Positions 17,231 to 23,984 of a stretch of 64,000 nt of DNA are shown piece after piece. The notes below the pieces were generated by a model, which did no database searches, was not told the DNA's origin, and worked only from the letters and a program-made list of their open reading frames with translations. A program made the translations under genes and the position numbers. The first letter of the stretch is position 1. Every line of letters starts with the position of its first letter. The stretch is from positions 15,936 to 79,935 of the forward strand of contig DAOKYY010000003.1 in the NCBI GenBank assembly GCA_035325905.1, given 5' to 3'. Source of the DNA: Aggregatilineaceae bacterium. GTDB lineage: Bacteria; Chloroflexota; Anaerolineae; Aggregatilineales; Aggregatilineaceae.

Positions 17231-18559
17231 ATGCGGAGCAACGATCCCGTGAGCGAGTCCTCGTCCGGTTCCCTGGCGCCCCTTCTGGCCGAGATCGACC
17301 GCCAGTTGGAGCAGGGCGATATCAAGCAGGCGGAGATCATGATCGCCCGCCGGCTGCGGCGCGGGCCGGTCGATGGAGAAGGGCGCAGCGCGCTGCTGCT
17401 GCGCCGCGCGCGGGTGCGCCTGTTCAGCGAGAAGCCGGACGACGCGCTGGCCGACCTGCGCGAAGCCTTCGCGCTGGAGCCGGACCTGCTGTCGCAGCCG
17501 GAAGTGCGCGAGCTGCTGGCGGACGTGCACTTCGCCCGCTTCGAGCTGGCCCCGCTGGGGTTCGCGGACCGTGCCGACGCCGATCAGGCGCTGGCGTACT
17601 ATCTCGCGCTGGCCGCCGAGCTGCCGGAGTATCCGAACCGGGGGTGGGTGTCGTACCAGACCGGGCGCGTGCTGCTCAGCGCGAACCGCGTGGACGAGGC
17701 CGTCAGCCGGTTTGAGGCCGCGCTCGACGAGCCGTCGTGGGTCGGCGCGCTGCGCTCGCTGTGCTACGAGCGCCTCGGATTTGTCGAGTTGTTCGAGCGG
17801 CGCAACCCGGCGGCGGCGCTGGCCTGCTTCGCCCAGGCGATCGACGCCTATCCGGCGGGCGAGAACAGCGGCTGGCTGGTCCAGCTGCACATCCTGCGGA
17901 GCAGGGCGCTCCGCGAGCAAAAGGACTACGCCGGCGCGCTGAGCGCCGCCCGCCAGGCGCTGCGCGCAGTGGACAGCCGCGCGCCGGATTACCGGCTGGC
18001 CTATTCCGAGGCGCACCTGGCGGTCGGCGAGGCGCTGGCGCACTTCCGCACGCGCGAGGAAGACGCCATCGACCACCTGGTGCGCTTTCTCCAGCTGGGG
18101 CGCCAGCCGCTTGGCGTGGACGTGACTTGGGGCCGGGTGTACGAGACCATTGGCGCGCTTTCGTTACGGCTGGGGCGCTACGGCCCTGCCGCCGAGGCGT
18201 TCAATACCGCGCTCGCCTATAACCCGTTGCACCCGCTGGGCGACACGCTCCAGCTTCAGATCGCGCGCGCGTGCTACGACTCCGGCGATTACGCGCGCGC
18301 CGCGCAGACGCTTGAGGCGCTGTGCGCTGCCGCCGAGTCCGAAGGCGACATGATCCTCGATTACCGGGTGTACAGCCTGCTGGCGGACAGCTACGCCGCG
18401 CAGGCAGCCTACCCGCAGGCAGCCGCCGCCTACGCTCAGGCCATCGCGCTGATTCCGTCGAGCGGCGCAGAGCGCGCGGCCCTGCTCGACGCGCATGAGC
18501 GGGCGCTGCGCCACCTGCCGCGTTCCGGCGCCATAGACAAGCAGGCCGCCGCCCGTTAA
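17231..18559 (+). CDS. TPR-repeat protein
   Basis: Repeated 34-aa Ala/Leu/Tyr helical-hairpin pattern throughout. I prefer ATG 17231; the ORF-track GTG is at 17219. TATAAT at 17192..17197 lies upstream. Confidence 0.7.
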   Translation: MRSNDPVSESSSGSLAPLLAEIDRQLEQGDIKQAEIMIARRLRRGPVDGEGRSALLLRRARVRLFSEKPDDALADLREAFALEPDLLSQPEVRELLADVHFARFELAPLGFADRADADQALAYYLALAAELPEYPNRGWVSYQTGRVLLSANRVDEAVSRFEAALDEPSWVGALRSLCYERLGFVELFERRNPAAALACFAQAIDAYPAGENSGWLVQLHILRSRALREQKDYAGALSAARQALRAVDSRAPDYRLAYSEAHLAVGEALAHFRTREEDAIDHLVRFLQLGRQPLGVDVTWGRVYETIGALSLRLGRYGPAAEAFNTALAYNPLHPLGDTLQLQIARACYDSGDYARAAQTLEALCAAAESEGDMILDYRVYSLLADSYAAQAAYPQAAAAYAQAIALIPSSGAERAALLDAHERALRHLPRSGAIDKQAAAR

Positions 18560-18600
18560 AATGGCCGGGTGCTATGCGACGGTAGAGAAGAGGGTTCCCA

Positions 18601-19953
18601 TTGGCCGTTGTTAAAGTGATTGGCGGCGGGCTGGCCGGGTCGGAAGCGGCCTGGCAGCTGGCCGCGCGCGGCCTGGACGTTGAGCTGTATGAGATGCGCC
18701 CGGTCCGCACGACCCCCGCGCATGTGACGGACTGGCTGAGCGAGCTGGTGTGCAGCAACTCGCTCGGCTCGGACCTGCCCGACCGCGCGCCGGGCGTGCT
18801 CAAGGCTGAATTGCGGCGGCTCGGCTCGCTGCTGCTGCGCTGCGCCGAAGAAGCCGCGGTTCCGGCGGGCGGGGCGCTGGCGGTGGACCGCGACCTGTTC
18901 GCCCGGCGGGTAACGGAACAGATCGCCGCGCACCCGCGCATCCGCCTGATCCGCGAAGAGGTGACGCGCCTCCCCGCTGGCCCGGCCGTGATCGCAACTG
19001 GCCCGCTGACCGCGCCGGCGCTCGCCGCCGAGATCGCGGCGCTGGTCGGCGAGGAACACCTGTATTTCTACGATGCCATCGCGCCGATGGTCGAGGCGGA
19101 TACCATCAACATGGACATCGCTTTCCGCGCCAGCCGCTACGGGCGCGGCGAGGACGCCGCCGGGGATTACATCAACTGCCCGATGACGCGCGAGGAGTAC
19201 GAGACCTTCGTCGACGCGCTGCTGGCGGCGGAGCTGATCGATCTGAAAGATTTCGAGCGCGACGATCCGCTGTTCTTCGAGGGCTGCCTGCCGGTCGAGC
19301 GGCTGGCGGCGCGCGGGCGCGAGGCGCTGGCGTTCGGGCCGCTGCGCCCGGTCGGGCTGCGCGATCCGCGCACCGGGCGGCGCCCCTATGCCGTCGTGCA
19401 GCTTAGGCAGGACAACCTGGCCGGGACGCTCTACAACGTCGTCGGGTTCCAGACTAACCTGCGCTACGGCGAGCAGCAGCGCGTGCTGCGCCTGATTCCG
19501 GGGCTGGAGCGCGCGGAATTCTCGCGCTACGGGCAGATGCACCGCAACACGTTTATCAACTCGCCGCTGCACCTGCGCCCGACGCTGCAATTTCGCGACC
19601 GCGATGACCTGTTTTTCGCCGGGCAGATCACCGGCGTCGAAGGCTACGTGGGCAACATCGGGACCGGGCTGCTGGCCGGGATCAACGCGGCGCGGCGGGT
19701 CGCGGGGTGCGCTCCGTGGACGCTGCCGCGCGAGACCATGCTCGGCGCGCTGTGCTATTACGTCACGCACGCCGCGCCGGGCGATTTCCAGCCGATGAAG
19801 GCGAATTTCGGCATCCTGCCGCCGCTCGACAACCCGCCGCGCGGCAAGCGCGAGCGCGCCCAGGCGTATGCGGCGCGCGCCGCCGAGGCGCTCGACGCGT
19901 TTCTGGCCGGTCAGCCCTGCGCGGCGCTCGAAGAAAGGACTGTCTCCGGCTGA
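18601..19953 (+). CDS. trmFO: Methylenetetrahydrofolate--tRNA-(uracil-5-)-methyltransferase TrmFO
   Basis: [19 protein letters not shown]-binding fold. ELVCSNSLG and GQITGVEGY motifs. TTG start at 18601 or GTG at 18616. Confidence 0.9.
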   Translation: MAVVKVIGGGLAGSEAAWQLAARGLDVELYEMRPVRTTPAHVTDWLSELVCSNSLGSDLPDRAPGVLKAELRRLGSLLLRCAEEAAVPAGGALAVDRDLFARRVTEQIAAHPRIRLIREEVTRLPAGPAVIATGPLTAPALAAEIAALVGEEHLYFYDAIAPMVEADTINMDIAFRASRYGRGEDAAGDYINCPMTREEYETFVDALLAAELIDLKDFERDDPLFFEGCLPVERLAARGREALAFGPLRPVGLRDPRTGRRPYAVVQLRQDNLAGTLYNVVGFQTNLRYGEQQRVLRLIPGLERAEFSRYGQMHRNTFINSPLHLRPTLQFRDRDDLFFAGQITGVEGYVGNIGTGLLAGINAARRVAGCAPWTLPRETMLGALCYYVTHAAPGDFQPMKANFGILPPLDNPPRGKRERAQAYAARAAEALDAFLAGQPCAALEERTVSG

Positions 19954-19954
19954 C

Positions 19955-21256
19955 GTGGAAACGACCAACTCTACTCCCAACCGGGCGCTGCTGGTCGGCG
20001 CCGAAGTGCGCGGCAGCCGCCCGCTGTTCGCGGTCGAAGATTCCGTGGACGAGCTGGCGCTGCTGGCAAGCACCGCCGGCGTGACCGTCGTCGGGCGTGT
20101 GGTGCAGCGCGTGGCGCAGATCGACCCGGCGACGTTTATCGGCTCCGGCAAGCTCGAAGAAGTGATCGAGCGGGTCGCCGAGACCGGCGCCGACATGGTG
20201 ATCTTCGACGACGAGCTTTCGCCGCGCCACCAGCGCGAGCTTGAGAAGCGGCTCGGCGACGAGGTGCAGGTCATCGACCGCTCGGCGCTGATCCTCGAAA
20301 TCTTCTCGCAGCACGCCCGCACGCGCGAAGGCGCGCTCCAGGTCGAGCTGGCGCAGTACGAGTACCGCCTGCCGCGCCTGACCCGCCAGTGGACGCATCT
20401 GGCGCGCCAGGCCGGGGGTGGAGCGGCGCGCGGCGGGGCGGCGGGCGTCGGGCTGCGCGGCCCCGGCGAGACGCAGCTTGAGGTCGACCGCCGCGAGATT
20501 CGCCAGCGCATCACGCATTTGAAGGAAGAACTTGAAGCGGTCCGCGCGCACCGCCAGCGCCATCGCACGCAGCGCACACGGGCCGGAATCCCAACCGTCG
20601 CGCTGGCTGGCTACACCAACGCCGGAAAGTCCACTTTGTTGAACGCGTTGTCCGGGGCGGATGTTTATGTCGCCAACCAGCTGTTCGCCACGCTCGACCC
20701 GACCACGCGCCGGATCGAGCTGCCGAGCGGGCGCGTGGTGCTGCTATCGGACACGGTCGGGTTCATCCAGAAGCTGCCGGTCACGCTCGTCGCCGCCTTC
20801 CGCGCCACGCTGGAAGAAGTGGTCGAGGCGGATTTGCTGCTGCACGTGGTGGACATCAGCGATCCGCACGCCTGGGACCAGATCGACGTGGTCGAGGACA
20901 CGCTGGCCGGGCTGGACGCGACGCGAATTCCCAAAATCCTGATCTTGAATAAGATTGATCGTGGAGAGCAGGCGCTCCCGCCCTCGTTGCACGACCTGGG
21001 CTATCGCGCCATTGTCCGCACCTCGGCCACAAAGGGCAGGGGGCTGGACGATCTACTCGAAGCCATCGGCCAGACGTTGCGCGATGCGCTGGTGGCGCTG
21101 ACGGCGCTGATCCCCTACACGCAGGGCGAGTTGCTGGCGGCGATCCACGAGGCGGGCGTCGTCCAGAGCGAGACGCACACCGAGCGTGGCGTCGAGGTGA
21201 AGGCGCTGGTCCCGCCCCGGCTGGCGGGGCGTCTGGATGCTTACCGAAAGCTATAA
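19955..21256 (+). CDS. hflX: GTPase HflX
   Basis: G1 GYTNAGKSTLLNAL, G3 DTVGF, G4 NKID and an HflX N-terminal domain (IGSGKLEEV). I prefer GTG 19955, 1 nt after the trmFO stop. The ORF-track start 19868 overlaps trmFO. Confidence 0.85.
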   Translation: METTNSTPNRALLVGAEVRGSRPLFAVEDSVDELALLASTAGVTVVGRVVQRVAQIDPATFIGSGKLEEVIERVAETGADMVIFDDELSPRHQRELEKRLGDEVQVIDRSALILEIFSQHARTREGALQVELAQYEYRLPRLTRQWTHLARQAGGGAARGGAAGVGLRGPGETQLEVDRREIRQRITHLKEELEAVRAHRQRHRTQRTRAGIPTVALAGYTNAGKSTLLNALSGADVYVANQLFATLDPTTRRIELPSGRVVLLSDTVGFIQKLPVTLVAAFRATLEEVVEADLLLHVVDISDPHAWDQIDVVEDTLAGLDATRIPKILILNKIDRGEQALPPSLHDLGYRAIVRTSATKGRGLDDLLEAIGQTLRDALVALTALIPYTQGELLAAIHEAGVVQSETHTERGVEVKALVPPRLAGRLDAYRKL

Positions 21257-21264
21257 CGCGATAT

Positions 21265-21291
21265 TATAGATTGTCTATAGTTCTTATAGTT
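21265..21291 (+). repeat. Three phased TATAG(A/T)T direct repeats in the AT-rich spacer
   Basis: TATAGAT at 21265, TATAGTT at 21276 and TATAGTT at 21285, with spacing of 11 and 9 nt. They lie immediately upstream of the 99-aa ORF. Confidence 0.6.
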
Positions 21292-21317
21292 AGGCCCCGG
21301 AAAGGCTGATTGCGGCC

Positions 21318-21617
21318 ATGTTTCGCCCGATTTCGCACCGGATCGACTCCTCACGGCGGCTTAGCCGCCTGATCAACCGCGTATCCTCGCTGATGGCGAC
21401 GCAGCGCGGCCTGCTGCTGCTGGTTGGGACCGTGCTCGTCACGCTTGGCTTCGCCGCGCAGGGGCTGGTGATCGCGCTGCTAGTCTCGCGCTACGCCTAT
21501 TCAAGCGCCTTGTATTGGCTGTGCCTGCCGTCGGCGCTGCTGTTCCTCGGCGTGCTGGCCGGGTTCGTCGGGATCATGCTCGCCACGCCGCTCGGCCAGG
21601 GCTACAAGGACAAGTAG
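21318..21617 (+). CDS. Small membrane protein (99 aa, 2-3 predicted TM helices), unknown function
   Basis: Hydrophobic stretches LLLLVGTVLVTLGFAAQGLVIALLV and LCLPSALLFLGVLAGFVGIMLA. GGAAAGG RBS about 14 nt upstream. Convergent with the recombinase, 10-nt gap. Confidence 0.55.
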   Translation: MFRPISHRIDSSRRLSRLINRVSSLMATQRGLLLLVGTVLVTLGFAAQGLVIALLVSRYAYSSALYWLCLPSALLFLGVLAGFVGIMLATPLGQGYKDK

Positions 21618-21627
21618 CGTCCGCGCG

Positions 21628-23094
21628 TTACTCTTCGTCGCCGGGGCCGGGCAGGCCGATCTGGCGCGTGGCCTCGTCCACGCGCTGCGGGTCGGTGTGC
21701 GCGTAATAGGCCCGTGTTGTCTCCACCGAGCGGTGCCCCAGATAGTCCTGCACCACGTCGAGCGGCGTCCCGGCGTTGATCAGCTGCGTCGCGCGCCAGT
21801 GCCGGAAGTCGTGCGGCGTGATGTTTTTCAGGCCCAGGGCGCGCGCGGCGCGCTGCACCACGCGCCAGGCGACGGTGCGGCCCATGCGCGCGCCGTCGAA
21901 GCGCCGGTCGTGGCTGACGAACAGCGCGGCGCGGCCTTTGGTGGCGCGCAGGCTCGCGCCGCGCGCCTCAAGATACTGCCGGATGGCGGGCAGCGCGTGC
22001 AGAAAGCGCAGCTGGTAGGTGTGCCCGCCTTTGGCGCTGACCTCGACGCGCAACACCTCGCCGCGATCGAGGTAGCGGACCGGGAAGTCGTCCACGTCCA
22101 GGCTCAGAATCTCGCTGATGCGCCCGCCGGACTCGGCCAGCGCGTGCAGCAGGGCGCGGTTGCGCAGGCGCGTCAGCTCCCAGCGGTGGATGCTGTCCGG
22201 ATCGGCGTCGGGTTTTTGCAGGTGCGGCGGGCGCGGCTGCTGGTCGAAGTAATAGATCAGTTCCTCGATGTGATCGGGCGGCTGCGGCGGGCCGCTGCGC
22301 CGGGGCCGGCCGCGCAGCTCGTCGCGCACGATGCGCTTGGCTTTGGCGAGTGGGAACTCTGGCGGCAGCCAGCCGTGATCGTCCATGAACTGGAACCAGT
22401 TCTGAATGCCCGCCAGCCGCAATTCGACCGTGGCGACCTGATAGGGGCGCTTGTCCCGGGGCGCGCCGGAGCTTTCGGACAGCATCCATTCCGCGAAATG
22501 CAGGAAGATCGGCGCGTCTTCGGCGCTCAGCGCGTTTAATGGCGTATCGTCCGGGGCGACACGCACGCGCCCATGGATTGGCAGGCGTCCACGCTGGGAC
22601 CGATCGCCCAGAAAATCGAGGAACAGCTCGATCGCGCGGGCGTACGCGGCGATGGTATTGGCCGATTTGAGCGTTGCGCGCTGGAGATAGGCGTCGCGCC
22701 CGGCTCCGAACGTGCGTTCTATGGGGGTCGATGCGGCACGCGAACGAATGTTCTGTAGCGCGATCCCGTGATCCCGCGTGGCGTCGATCACCTCCAACGC
22801 CTGGACGAACCAGGGGATCGGCTGGGTAGGGTAGACCAGGATCGGAAAAAGGCGGATGCCGCGCTGGCGCGCGCTCAGGCAAATATCCCGCATCGCGGCT
22901 GACTCGGCGCTGTGCGGGCTGATCAGCGCGACGACAGCGGAGACGACGGCCGGATCGAGATCGGCAGAAGCAGGTTCGAATGCTTCGTCAGAAATCAGGC
23001 GCGGCGTGCTGTCCGTCCGATCGTGCAGGCGCCGCGCGTAATGCCGGGCTAATGGGGTGTCCAGCTCGCTGTGGACGATGATAATCTGGCCCAT
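21628..23094 (-). CDS. Tyrosine recombinase/integrase with an N-terminal TIR-like domain
   Basis: C-terminal catalytic set is intact: GGRISEI (Arg), HDFRHW (His-x-x-Arg) and LGHRSVETTRAYYAH (His, Tyr). A SAM-like core-binding region is present (NTIAAYARAIELFLDFL). The N-terminal 120 aa show a TIR-type strand/helix pattern (QIIIVHS..., VVALISPHSAES..., RLFPILVYP..., LEVIDA). Confidence 0.8.
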   Translation of the reverse strand: MGQIIIVHSELDTPLARHYARRLHDRTDSTPRLISDEAFEPASADLDPAVVSAVVALISPHSAESAAMRDICLSARQRGIRLFPILVYPTQPIPWFVQALEVIDATRDHGIALQNIRSRAASTPIERTFGAGRDAYLQRATLKSANTIAAYARAIELFLDFLGDRSQRGRLPIHGRVRVAPDDTPLNALSAEDAPIFLHFAEWMLSESSGAPRDKRPYQVATVELRLAGIQNWFQFMDDHGWLPPEFPLAKAKRIVRDELRGRPRRSGPPQPPDHIEELIYYFDQQPRPPHLQKPDADPDSIHRWELTRLRNRALLHALAESGGRISEILSLDVDDFPVRYLDRGEVLRVEVSAKGGHTYQLRFLHALPAIRQYLEARGASLRATKGRAALFVSHDRRFDGARMGRTVAWRVVQRAARALGLKNITPHDFRHWRATQLINAGTPLDVVQDYLGHRSVETTRAYYAHTDPQRVDEATRQIGLPGPGDEE

Positions 23095-23108
23095 CCTCGC
23101 CTCATTTC

Positions 23109-23154
23109 TGTAACATAAGAAACATGGCTACTACATTTGATAACTTATGTTACA
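23109..23154. repeat. Perfect 11-bp inverted repeat TGTAACATAAG-N24-CTTATGTTACA upstream of the recombinase start
   Basis: Arms at 23109..23119 and 23144..23154 are exact reverse complements. They lie 15 nt upstream of the recombinase ATG (23094). Confidence 0.9.
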
Positions 23155-23432
23155 TCTATATCGATTCAGGCGCAAGACTCGCCCTCTGCCCTGCCTAGCG
23201 TCTCGTAGCGCCGCGTTAGTTTCTCGCGCGTTGCCACTCCCGGCCACGATCCTCCTAGAGACCGCGTTCGCCACGTCGGTAGGCGCTACCGGCCGTGCTC
23301 TGGCTCCAGCCCTACGCTGGTTTGCCTCGAAAACCACGCAGAGACGGGCCGATATACGCTCTGATGAGCCGATTGGTCACTATGTAAGAGTCTTTTACTG
23401 CGCTATGACATGTGCTTAGTATGTGATTTTGT

Positions 23433-23984
23433 CTAGCGTTCAGGCGACTGCCAGGGAGACTCCGGCTCCCCGGCGTCCTGATTCGCGACGCGCGCCGCGA
23501 CGAACAGCCAGTCGGAAAGCCGGTTGAGATAGCGCAGCGTCTCGTCGTTCAACGCTTCTTGCGCGCTGAGCGCCACCAGCCAGCGCTCGGCGCGGCGGCA
23601 GACCACGCGCGCCTGGTGCAGGAACGCCCCGCCGAGCGCCCCTCCCGGCAGAATGAAGTTGCGCAGTTCGGGCAGCGCGGCCTGCCACGCGTCAATCTCC
23701 GCTTCCAGCCGCGCGGTCATCTCCGGCGTGACGCGCACCAGCCATTTCGGCTGCGCGTCGAGCGGCGTGGCGAGGTCCGCCCCCACGGTAAACAGCTCCG
23801 CCTGGACGCGAATCAGCGGCACGGCGACCGATCCCCCTACCCCCGCGGCGGCTGCGAGGCCGAGCACGGCGTTCAATTCGTCGACGGTGCCGTAGGCGTG
23901 CAGCCGCAAGTGGCTCTTGCTGACACGTCCCCCGGCGAACAGACTGGTTTCGCCTTCGTCTCCGCTGCGGGTGTAGATCTTCAT
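23433..23984 (-). CDS. ATP:cob(I)alamin adenosyltransferase, PduO type
   Basis: MKIYTRSGDEGETSLFAGGRVSK...HAYGTVDELN is the hallmark N-terminus. True ATG at 23982..23984. The ORF-track extension to 24254 is rejected. Confidence 0.85.
   Translation of the reverse strand: MKIYTRSGDEGETSLFAGGRVSKSHLRLHAYGTVDELNAVLGLAAAAGVGGSVAVPLIRVQAELFTVGADLATPLDAQPKWLVRVTPEMTARLEAEIDAWQAALPELRNFILPGGALGGAFLHQARVVCRRAERWLVALSAQEALNDETLRYLNRLSDWLFVAARVANQDAGEPESPWQSPER

Noticed and set aside
18556-20577. 673-aa minus-strand ORF antisense to trmFO and hflX
   Set aside because: Same reasoning. TrmFO and HflX motifs on the plus strand are decisive, and the antisense product is low-complexity Arg/Ser/Ala-rich.
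23109-23154. Chromosomal dif site
   Set aside because: The arm ends resemble Xer half-sites, but the central region is 24-26 bp rather than 6-8 bp (11 bp at most in known systems). It is kept only as a possible regulatory or recombinase-binding palindrome.
23320-23380. Hammerhead-ribozyme-like core elements (CGAAAC-like at 23328, CTGATGAG at 23361)
   Set aside because: I tried a type II permutation. The strands that should form stem II (GCCGATTGG versus GGTTTGCCTC) do not pair beyond the first G:C. An 8-mer like CTGATGAG is expected by chance about once or twice in 64 kb on two strands.
23095-23432. Cobalamin riboswitch next to the adenosyltransferase gene
   Set aside because: The region is downstream of that gene, not upstream, and I could not find a B12-box-like element on either strand.
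21257-23432. Integrated mobile element or prophage remnant around the recombinase
   Set aside because: There are no cargo, phage, transposase or conjugation genes. No tRNA target or direct att-like duplication was found; only a 7-mer TTGTCTA is shared at 21272 and 23427. Coding regions have host-like composition.
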